A DNA stretch of 64,000 nucleotides from Yuukianura sp. NJ FZ-2021 (taxonomy: Eukaryota): positions 372,001 to 436,000 of the forward strand of contig JAJCTO010000013.1 in assembly GCA_046563655.1 (NCBI GenBank), written 5' to 3'. The notes below the pieces were generated by a model. The model saw nothing but the letters and a program-made list of their open reading frames with translations, did no database searches and was not told the DNA's origin. The translations under genes and the position numbers were made by a program. Of this stretch, positions 1 to 12,000 are shown in pieces. The stretch's first letter is position 1, and every line of letters starts with the position of its first letter.

Positions 1-3000
1 GTTCGCCGATGTTAGACTTGCTTGTAGCTTTGGAAACTTGATGAGTCAGCACCCAACGCAAACTACAACAAATATTTCTGTGAGAAAAATCTATTCGCTT
101 TAATCCTGCTGTTACGATTATGCATTGTTCCAGGCGTATAAGAATATTATTCTGCCGTTGGCCGAAGTATTGGAGCTGAAATTTTAGTAGCAGCTTGACT
201 TCAATTTTGCAGGGTGTGAGGCTTCACAAGAACCCTGTTTCGGTTCGCCGATGTTAGACTTGCTTGTAGCTTTGGAAACTTGATGAGTCAGCACCCAACG
301 CAAACTACAACAAATATTTCTGTGAGAAAAATCTATTCGCTTTAATCCTGCTGTTACGATTATGCATTGTTCCAGGCGTATAAGAATATTATTCTGCCGT
401 TGGCCGAAGTATTGGAGCTGAAATTTTAGTAGCAGCTTGACTTCAATTTTGCAGGGTGTGAGGCTTCACAAGAACCCTCTTTCGGTTCGCCGATGTTAGA
501 CTTGCTTGTAGCTTTGGAAACTTGATGAGTCCGCACCCAACGCAAACTACAACATATATTTCTGCGAGAAAAATCTATTCGCTTTAATTCTGCTGTTACG
601 ATTATGCATTGTTCCAGGCGTATAAGAACATTATTCTGCCGTTGGCCGAAGTATTGGAGCTGAAATTTTAGTAGCAGCTTGACTTCAATTTTGCAGGGTG
701 TGAGGCTTCACAAGAACCCCCTTTCGGTTCGCCGATGTTAGACTTGCTTGTAGCTTTGGAAACTTGATGAGTCCGCCAACGCAAACTACAACATATATTT
801 CTGCGAGAAAAATCTATTCGCTTTAATTCTGCTGTTACGATTATGCATTGTTCCAGGCGTATAAGAACATTATTCTGCCGTTGGCCGAAGTATTGGAGCT
901 GAAATTTTAGTAGCAGCTTGACTTCAATTTTGCAGGATGTGAGGCTTCAGAAGAACCCCTTTCGGTTCGCCGATGTTAGACTTGCTTGTAGCTTTGGAAA
1001 CTTGATGAGTCAGCACCCAACGCAAACTACAACAAATATTTCTGTGAGAAAAATCTATTCGCTTTAATCCTGCTGTTACGATTATGCATTGTTCCAGGCG
1101 TATAAGAATATTATTGTGCCGTTGGCCGAAGTATTGGAGCTGAAATTTTAGTAGCAGCTTGACTTCAATTTTGCAGGGTGTGAGGCTTCACAAGAACCCC
1201 TTTCGGTTCGCCGATGTTAGACTTGCTTGTAGCTTTGGAAACTTGATGAGTCCGCCAACGCAAACTACAACATATATTTCTGCGAGAAGAATCTATTCGC
1301 TTTAATTCTGCTGTTACGATTATGCATTGTTCAAGGCGTATAAGAACATTATTCTGCCGTTGGCCGAAGTATTGGAGCTGAAATTTTAGTAGCAGCTTGA
1401 CTTCAATTTTGCAGGGTGTGAGGCTTCACAAGAACCCCCTTTCGGTTCGCCGATGTTAGACTTGCTTGTAGCTTTGGAAACTTGATGAGTCCGCCAACGC
1501 AAACTACAACATATATTTCTGTGAGAAAAATCTAATTGCTTTAATCCTGCTGTTACGATTATGCATTGTTCCAGGCGTATAAGAACATTTTTCTGCCGTT
1601 GGCCGAAGTATTGGAGCTGAAATTTTAGTAGCAGCTTGACTTCAATTTTGCAGGGTGTGAGGCTTCACAAGAACCCACTTTCGGTTCGCCGATGTTAGAC
1701 TTGCTTGTAGCTTTGGAAACTTGATGAGTCAGCACCCAACGCAAACTACAACAAATATTTCTGTGAGAAAAATCTATTCGCTTTAATCCTGCTGTTACGA
1801 TTATGCATTGTTCCAGGCGTATAAGAATATTATTCTGCCGTTGGCCGAAGTATTGGAGCTGAAATTTTAGTAGCAGCTTGACTTCAATTTTGCAGGATGT
1901 GAGGCTTCAGAAGAACCCCTTTCGGTTCGCCGATGTTAGACTTGCTTGTAGCTTTGGAAACTTGATGAGTCCGCACCCAACGCAAACTACAACATATATT
2001 TCTGCGAGAAAAATCTATTCGCTTTAATTCTGCTGTTACGATTATGCATTGTTCCAGGCGTATAAGAACATTATTCTGCCGTTGGCCGAAGTATTGGAGC
2101 TGAAATTTTAGTAGCAGCTTGACTTCAATTTTGCAGGATGTGAGGCTTCACAAGAACCCCGTTTCGGTTCGCCGATGTTAGACTTGCTTGTAGCTTTGGA
2201 AACTTGATGAGTCCGCCAACGCAAACTACAACAAATATTTCTGCGAGAAAAATCTATTCGCTTTAATTCTGCTGTTACGATTATGCATTGTTCCAGGCGT
2301 ATAAGAACATTATTCTGCCGTTGGCCGAAGTATTGGAGCTGAAATTTTAGTAGCAGCTTGACTTCAATTTTGCAGGGTGTGAGGCTTCACAAGAACCCCT
2401 TTCGGTTCGCCGATGTTAGACTTGCTTGTAGCTTTGGAAACTTGATGAGTCCGCCAACGCAAACTACAACATATATTTCTGCGAGAAAAATCTATTCGCT
2501 TTAATTCTGCTGTTACGATTATGCATTGTTCCAGGCGTATAAGAACATTATTCTGCCGTTGGCCGAAGTATTGGAGCTGAAATTTTAGTAGCAGCTTGAC
2601 TTCAATTTTGCAGGATGTGAGGCTTCACAAGAACCCCCTTTCGGTTCGCCGATGTTAGACTTGCTTGTAGCTTTGGAAACTTGATGAGTCAGCACCCAAC
2701 GCAAACTACAACATATATTTCTGCGAGAAAAATCTATTCGCTTTAATCCTGCTGTTACGATTATGCATTGTTCCAGGCGTATAAGAACATTATTCTGCCG
2801 TTGGCCGAAGTATTGGAGCTGAAATTTTAGTAGCAGCTTGACTTCAATTTTGCAGGGTGTGAGGCTTCACAAGAACCCCCTTTCGGTTCGCCGATGTTAG
2901 ACTTGCTTGTAGCTTTGGAAACTTGATGAGTCCGCCAACGCAAACTACAACATATATTTCTGCGAGAAAAATCTATTCGCTTTAATTCTGCTGTTACGAT

Positions 3001-6000
3001 TATGCATTGTTCCAGGCGTATAAGAACATTATTCTGCCGTTGGCCGAAGTATTGGAGCTGAAATTTTAGTAGCAGCTTGACTTCAATTTTGCAGGGTGTG
3101 AGGCTTCACAAGAACCCCTTTCGGTTCGCCGATGTTAGACTTGCTTGTAGCTTTGGAAACTTGATGAGTCCGCCAACGCAAACTACAACATATATTTCTG
3201 CGAGAAGAAATCTATTCGCTTTAATTCTGCTGTTACGATTATGCATTGTTCCAGGCGTATAAGAACATTATTCTGCCGTTGGCCGAAGTATTGGAGCTGA
3301 AATTTTAGTAGCAGCTTGACTTCAATTTTGCAGGATGTGAGGCTTCACAAGAACCCCTTTCGGTTCGCCGATGTTAGACTTGCTTGTAGCTTTGGAAACT
3401 TGATGAGTCAGCAGCCAACGCAAATTACAACAAATATTTCTGAGAGAACAATCTATTCGCTTTAATCCTGCTGTTACGATTATGCATTGTTCCAGGCGTA
3501 TAAGAACATTATTCTGCCGTTGGCCGAAGTATTGGAGCTGAAATTTTAGTAGCAGCTTGACTTCAATTTTGCAGGGTGTGAGGCTTCACAAGAACCCCCT
3601 TTCGGTTCGCCGATGTTAGACTTGCTTGTAGCTTTGGAAACTTGATGAGTCAGCACCCAACGCAAACTACAACAAATATTTCTGTGAGAAAAATCTATTC
3701 GCTTTAATCCTGCTGTTACGATTATGCATTGTTCCAGGCGTATAAGAATATTATTCTGCCGTTGGCCGAAGTATTGGAGCTGAAATTTTAGTAGCAGCTT
3801 GACTTCAATTTTGCAGGGTGTGAGGCTTCACAAGAACCCCCTTTCGGTTCGCCGATGTTAGACTTGCTTGTAGCTTTGGAAACTTGATGAGTCAGCACCC
3901 AACGCAAACTACAACAAATATTTCTGTGAGAAAAATCTATTCGCTTTAATTCTGCTGTTACGATTATGCATTGTTCCAGGCGTATAAGAATATTATTCTG
4001 CCGTTGGCCGAAGTATTGGAGCTGAAATTTTAGTAGCAGCTTGACTTCAATTTTGCAGGGTGTGAGGCTTCACAAGAACCCCCTTTCGGTTCGCCGATGT
4101 TAGACTTGCTTGTAGCTTTGGAAACTTGACGAGTCCGCCAACGCAAACTACAACATATATTTCTGCAAGAAAAATCTAATTGCTTTAATCCTGCTGTTAC
4201 GATTATGCATTGTTCCAGGCGTATAAGAACATTATTCTGCCGTTGGCCGAAGTATTGGAGCTGAAATTTTAGTAGCAGCTTGACTTCAATTTTGCAGGGT
4301 GTGAGGCTTCACAAGAACCCCCTTTCGGTTCGCCGATGTTAGACTTGCTTGTAGCATTGGAAACTTGATGAGTCCGCCAACGCAGACTGGAACAAATATT
4401 TCTGCGATAAAAATCTATTCGCTTTAATCCTGCTGTTACGATTATGCATTGTTCCAGGCGTATAAGAACATTATTCTGCCGTTGGCCGAAGTATTGGAGC
4501 TGAAATTTTAGTAGCAGCTTGACTTCAATTTTGCAGGATGTGAGGCTTCACAAGAACCCCTTTCGGTTCGCCGATGTTAGACTTGCTTGTAGCTTTGGAA
4601 ACTTGATGAGTCAGCAGCCAACGCAAACTACAACATATATTTCTGCGAGAAAAATCTATTCGCTTTAATTCTGCTGTTACGATTATGCATTGTTCCAGGC
4701 GTATAAGAACATTATTCTGCCGTTGGCCGAAGTATTGGAGCTGAAATTTTAGTAGCAGCTTGACTTCAATTTTGCAGGGTGTGAGGCTTCACAAGAACCC
4801 CATTTCGGCTCGCCGATGTTAGACTTGCTTGTAGCTTTGGAAACTTGATGAGTCCGCCAACGCAAACTACAACATATATTTCTGCGAGAAAAATCTATTC
4901 GCTTTAATTCTGCTGTTACGATTATGCATTGTTCCAGGCGTATAAGAACATTATTCTGCCGTTGGCCGAAGTATTGGAGCTGAAATTTTAGTAGCAGCTT
5001 GACTTCAATTTTGCAGGGTGTGAGGCTTCACAAGAACCCCATTTCGGTTCGCCGATGTTAGACTTGCTTGTAGCTTTGGAAACTTGATGAGTCCGCCAAC
5101 GCAAACTACAACATATATTTCTGCGAGAAGAATCTATTCGCTTTAATTCTGCTGTTACGATTATGCATTGTTCCAGGCGTATAAGAACATTATTCTGCCG
5201 TTGGCCGAAGTATTGGAGCTGAAATTTTAGTAGCAGCTTGACTTCAATTTTGCAGGGTGTGAGGCTTCACAAGAACCCCCTTTCGGTTCGCCGATGTTAG
5301 ACTTGCTTGTAGCTTTGGAAACTTGATGAGTCCGCCAACGCAGACTGGAACAAATATTTCTGCGATAAAAATCTATTCGCTTTAATTCTGCTGTTACGAT
5401 TATGCATTGTTCAAGGCGTATAAGAACATTATTCTGCCGTTGGCCGAAGTATTGGAGCTGAAATTTTAGTAGCAGCTTGACTTCAATTTTGCAGGGTGTG
5501 AGGCTTCACAAGAACCCCCTTTCGGTTCGCCGATGTTAGACTTGCTTGTAGCTTTGGAAACTTGATGAGTCCGCCAACGCAGACTGGAACAAATATTTCT
5601 GCGAGAAAAATCTATTCGCTTTAATTCTGCTGTTACGATTATGCATTGTTCCAGGCGTATAAGAACATTATTCTGCCGTTGGCCGAAGTATTGGAGCTGA
5701 AATTTTAGTAGCAGCTTGACTTCAATTTTGCAGGATGTGAGGCTTCACAAGAACCCCGTTTCGGTTCGCCGATGTTAGACTTGCTTGTAGCTTTGGAAAC
5801 TTGATGAGTCAGCAGCCAACGCAAATTACAACATATATTTCTGTGAGAAAAATCTATTCGCTTTAATTCTGCTGTTACGATTATGCATTGTTCCAGGCGT
5901 ATAAGAACATTATTCTGCCGTTGGCCGAAGTATTGGAGCTGAAATTTTAGTAGCAGCTTGACTTCAATTTTGCAGGATGTGAGGCTTCACAAGAACCCAC

Positions 6001-9000
6001 TCTCGGTTCGCCGATGTTAGACTTGCTTGTAGCTTTGGAAACTTGACGAGTCCGCCAACGCAAACTACAACATATATTTCTGCAAGAAAAATCTATTCGC
6101 TTTAATCCTGCTGTTACGATTATGCATTGTTCCAGGCGTATAAGAACATTATTCTGCCGTTGGCCGAAGTATTGGAGCTGAAATTTTAGTAGCAGCTTGA
6201 CTTCAATTTTGCAGGATGTGAGGCTTCAGAAGAACCCCTTTCGGTTCGCCGATGTTAGACTTGCTTGTAGCTTTGGAAACTTGATGAGTCAGCACCCAAC
6301 GCAAACTACAACAAATATTTCTGCGAGAAGAATCTATTCGCTTTAATTCTGCTGTTACGATTATGCATTGTTCAAGGCGTATAAGAACATTATTCTGCCG
6401 TTGGCCGAAGTATTGGAGCTGAAATTTTAGTAGCAGCTTGACTTCAATTTTGCAGGATGTGAGGCTTCACAAGAACCCTCTTTCGGTTCGCCGATGTTAG
6501 ACTTGCTTGTAGCTTTGGAAACTTGATGAGTCCGCCAACGCAGACAGGAACAAATATTTCTGCGAGAAAAATCTATTCGCTTTAATTCTGCTGTTACGAT
6601 TATGCATTGTTCCAGGCGTATAAGAACATTATTCTGCCGTTGGCCGAAGTATTGGAGCTGAAATTTTAGTAGCAGCTTGACTTCAATTTTGCAGGATGTG
6701 AGGCTTCACAAGAACCCCGTTTCGGTTCGCCGATGTTAGACTTGCTTGTAGCTTTGGAAACTTGATGAGTCCGCACCCAACGCAAACTACAACATATATT
6801 TCTGTGAGAAAAATCTATTCGCTTTAATCCTGCTGTTACGATTATGCATTGTTCCAGGCGTATAAGAATATTATTCTGCCGTTGGCCGAAGTATTGGAGC
6901 TGAAATTTTAGTAGCAGCTTGACTTCAATTTTGCAGGGTGTGAGGCTTCACAAGAACCCTCTTTCGGTTCGCCGATGTTAGACTTGCTTGTAGCTTTGGA
7001 AACTTGATGAGTCCGCCAACGCAAACTGGAACAAATATTTCTGCGAGAAAAATCTATTCGCTTTAATCCTGCTGTTACGATTATGCATTGTTCCAGGCGT
7101 ATAAGAACATTATTCTGCCGTTGGCCGAAGTATTGGAGCTGAAATTTTAGTAGCAGCTTGACTTCAATTTTGCAGGGTGTGAGGCTTCACAAGAACCCCT
7201 TTCGGTTCGCCGATGTTAGACTTGCTTGTAGCTTTGGAAACTTGATGAGTCCGCCAACGCAAACTACAACATATATTTCTGCGAGAAAAATCTATTCGCT
7301 TTAATTCTGCTGTTACGATTATGCATTGTTCCAGGCGTATAAGAACATTATTCTGCCGTTGGCCGAAGTATTGGAGCTGAAATTTTAGTAGCAGCTTGAC
7401 TTCAATTTTGCAGGATGTGAGGCTTCACAAGAACCCCGTTTCGGTTCGCCGATGTTAGACTTGCTTGTAGCTTTGGAAACTTGATGAGTCAGCACCCAAC
7501 GCAAACTACAACATATATTTCTGCGAGAAAAATCTATTCGCTTTTATTCTGCTGTTACGATTATGCATTGTTCCAGGCGTATAAGAACATTATTCTGCCG
7601 TTGGCCGAAGTATTGGAGCTGAAATTTTAGTAGCAGCTTGACTTCAATTTTGCAGGATGTGAGGCTTCACAAGAACCCCGTTTCGGTTCGCCGATGTTAG
7701 ACTTGCTTGTAGCTTTGGAAACTTGATGAGTCCGCCAACGCAAACTACAACATATATTTCTGCGAGAAAAATCTATTCGCTTTAATTCTGCTGTTACGAT
7801 TATGCATTGTTCCAGGCGTATAAGAACATTATTCTGCCGTTGGCCGAAGTATTGGAGCTGAAATTTTAGTAGCAGCTTGACTTCAATTTTGCAGGATGTG
7901 AGGCTTCACAAGAACCCCTTTCGGTTCGCCGATGTTAGACTTGCTTGTAGCTTTGGAAACTTGATGAGTCAGCACCCAACGCAAACTACAACAAATATTT
8001 CTGTGAGAAAAATCTATTCGCTTTAATCCTGCTGTTACGATTATGCATTGTTCCAGGCGTATAAGAACATTATTCTGCCGTTGGCCGAAGTATTGGAGCT
8101 GAAATTTTAGTAGCAGCTTGACTTCAATTTTGCAGGATGTGAGGCTTCACAAGAACCCCTTTCGGTTCGCCGATGTTAGACTTGCTTGTAGCTTTGGAAA
8201 CTTGATGAGTCCGCCAACGCAAACTACAACATATATTTCTGCGAGAAAAATCTATTCGCTTTAATCCTGCTGTTACGATTATGCATTGTTCCAGGCGTAT
8301 AAGAACATTATTCTGCCGTTGGCCGAAGTATTGGAGCTGAAATTTTAGTAGCAGCTTGACTTCAATTTTGCAGGGTGTGAGGCTTCACAAGAACCCCTTT
8401 CGGTTCGCCGATGTTAGACTTGCTTGTAGCTTTGGAAACTTGATGAGTCCGCCAACGCAAACTACAACATATATTTCTGCGAGAAAAATCTATTCGCTTT
8501 AATTCTGCTGTTACGATTATGCATTGTTCCAGGCGTATAAGAACATTATTCTGCCGTTGGCCGAAGTATTGGAGCTGAAATTTTAGTAGCAGCTTGACTT
8601 CAATTTTGCAGGATGTGAGGCTTCACAAGAACCCCTTTCGGTTCGCCGATGTTAGACTTGCTTGTAGCTTTGGAAACTTGATGAGTCAGCAGCCAACGCA
8701 AACTACAACATATATTTCTGCGAGAAAAATCTATTCGCTTTAATTCTGCTGTTACGATTATGCATTGTTCCAGGCGTATAAGAACATTATTCTGCCGTTG
8801 GCCGAAGTATTGGAGCTGAAATTTTAGTAGCAGCTTGACTTCAATTTTGCAGGATGTGAGGCTTCACAAGAACCCACTCTCGGTTCGCCGATGTTAGACT
8901 TGCTTGTAGCTTTGGAAACTTGATGAGTCCGCCAACGCAAACTACAACATATATTTCTGCGAGAAAAATCTATTCGCTTTAATTCTGCTGTTACGATTAT

Positions 9001-12000
9001 GCATTGTTCCAGGCGTATAAGAACATTATTCTGCCGTTGGCCGAAGTATTGGAGCTGAAATTTTAGTAGCAGCTTGACTTCAATTTTGCAGGATGTGAGG
9101 CTTCACAAGAACCCCCTTTCGGTTCGCCGATGTTAGACTTGCTTGTAGCTTTGGAAACTTGATGAGTCAGCACCCAACGCAAACTACAACATATATTTCT
9201 GCGAGAAAAATCTATTCGCTTTAATTCTGCTGTTACGATTATGCATTGTTCCAGGCGTATAAGAATATTATTCTGCCGTTGGCCGAAGTATTGGAGCTGA
9301 AATTTTAGTAGCAGCTTGACTTCAATTTTGCAGGGTGTGAGGCTTCACAAGAACCCTCTTTCGGTTCGCCGATGTTAGACTTGCTTGTAGCTTTGGAAAC
9401 TTGATGAGTCCGCCAACGCAAACTACAACATATATTTCTGCAAGAAAAATCTATTCGCTTTAATCCTGCTGTTACGATTATGCATTGTTCCAGGCGTATA
9501 AGAACATTATTCTGCCGTTGGCCGAAGTATTGGAGCTGAAATTTTAGTAGCAGCTTGACTTCAATTTTGCAGGGTGTGAGGCTTCACAAGAACCCTCTTT
9601 CGGTTCGCCGATGTTAGACTTGCTTGTAGCTTTGGAAACTTGATGAGTCCGCCAACGCAGACTGGAACAAATATTTCTGCGAGAAAAATCTATTCGCTTT
9701 AATTCTGCTGTTACGATTATGCATTGTTCCAGGCGTATAAGAACATTATTCTGCCGTTGGCCGAAGTATTGGAGCTGAAATTTTAGTAGCAGCTTGACTT
9801 CAATTTTGCAGGGTGTGAGGCTTCACAAGAACCCCTTTCGGTTCGCCGATGTTAGACTTGCTTGTAGCTTTGGAAACTTGATGAGTCCGCCAACGCAAAC
9901 TACAACATATATTTCTGCAAGAAAAATCTAATTGCTTTAATCCTGCTGTTACGATTGTGCATTGTTCCAGGCGTATAAGAACATTATTCTGCCGTTGGCC
10001 GAAGTATTGGAGCTGAAATTTTAGTAGCAGCTTGACTTCAATTTTGCAGGATGTGAGGCTTCAGAAGAACCCCCTTTCGGTTCGCCGATGTTAGACTTGC
10101 TTGTAGCTTTGGAAACTTGATGAGTCAGCACCCAACGCAAACTACAACAAATATTTCTGCGAGAAGAATCTATTCGCTTTAATTCTGCTGTTACGATTAT
10201 GCATTGTTCCAGGCGTATAAGAACATTATTCTGCCGTTGGCCGAAGTATTGGAGCTGAAATTTTAGTAGCAGCTTGACTTCAATTTTGCAGGATGTGAGG
10301 CTTCACAAGAACCCCCTTTCGGTTCGCCGATGTTAGACTTGCTTGTAGCTTTGGAAACTTGATGAGTCCGCCAACGCAGACAGGAACAAATATTTCTGCG
10401 AGAAAAATCTATTCGCTTTAATTCTGCTGTTACGATTATGCATTGTTCAAGGCGTATAAGAACATTATTCTGCCGTTGGCCGAAGTATTGGAGCTGAAAT
10501 TTTAGTAGCAGCTTGACTTCAATTTTGCAGGATGTGAGGCTTCACAAGAACCCCCTTTCGGTTCGCCGATGTTAGACTTGCTTGTAGCTTTGGAAACTTG
10601 ATGAGTCCGCCAACGCAAACTACAACATATATTTCTGTGAGAAAAATCTATTCGCTTTAATCCTGCTGTTACGATTATGCATTGTTCCAGGCGTATAAGA
10701 ATATTATTCTGCCGTTGGCCGAAGTATTGGAGCTGAAATTTTAGTAGCAGCTTGACTTCAATTTTGCAGGGTGTGAGGCTTCACAAGAACCCTCTTTCGG
10801 TTCGCCGATGTTAGACTTGCTTGTAGCTTTGGAAACTTGATGAGTCCGCCAACGCAGACTGGAACAAATATTTCTGCGATAAAAATCTATTCGCTTTAAT
10901 CCTGCTGTTACGATTATGCATTGTTCCAGGCGTATAAGAACATTATTCTGCCGTTGGCCGAAGTATTGGAGCTGAAATTTTAGTAGCAGCTTGACTTCAA
11001 TTTTGCAGGGTGTGAGGCTTCACAAGAACCCTCTTTCGGTTCGCCGATGTTAGACTTGCTTGTAGCTTTGGAAACTTGATGAGTCCGCCAACGCAAACTA
11101 CAACATATATTTCTGCGAGAAAAATCTATTCGCTTTAATCCTGCTGTTACGATTATGCATTGTTCCAGGCGTATAAGAACATTATTCTGCCGTTGGCCGA
11201 AGTATTGGAGCTGAAATTTTAGTAGCAGCTTGACTTCAATTTTGCAGGATGTGAGGCTTCACAAGAACCCCCTTTCGGTTCGCCGATGTTAGACTTGCTT
11301 GTAGCTTTGGAAACTTGATGAGTCAGCAGCCAACGCAAACTACAACATATATTTCTGCGAGAAAAATCTATTCGCTTTAATTCTGCTGTTACGATTATGC
11401 ATTGTTCCAGGCGTATAAGAACATTATTCTGCCGTTGGCCGAAGTATTGGAGCTGAAATTTTAGTAGCAGCTTGACTTCAATTTTGCAGGATGTGAGGCT
11501 TCACAAGAACCCCTTTCGGTTCGCCGATGTTAGACTTGCTTGTAGCTTTGGAAACTTGATGAGTCCGCCAACGCAAACTACAACATATATTTCTGCGAGA
11601 AAAATCTATTCGCTTTAATTCTGCTGTTACGATTATGCATTGTTCCAGGCGTATAAGAACATTATTCTGCCGTTGGCCGAAGTATTGGAGCTGAAATTTT
11701 AGTAGCAGCTTGACTTCAATTTTGCAGGATGTGAGGCTTCACAAGAACCCCTTTCGGTTCGCCGATGTTAGACTTGCTTGTAGCTTTGGAAACTTGATGC
11801 GTCAGCAGCCAACGCAAATTACAACATATATTTCTGTGAGAAAAATCTATTCGCTTTAATCCTGCTGTTACGATTATGCATTGTTCCAGGCGTATAAGAA
11901 TATTATTCTGCCGTTGGCCGAAGTATTGGAGCTGAAATTTTAGTAGCAGCTTGACTTCAATTTTGCAGGGTGTGAGGCTTCACAAGAACCCCCTTTCGGT

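Noticed and set aside
764..815. Hammerhead ribozyme in satellite A (TGATGAGTCC resembles CUGAUGAGUCC; satellite-borne hammerheads are known)
   Set aside because: The core reads TTGATGA rather than CTGATGA, and no complementary GGAC-GAAA closes stem II. I could not build the three-stem fold by eye; an Infernal/Rfam scan would settle it.
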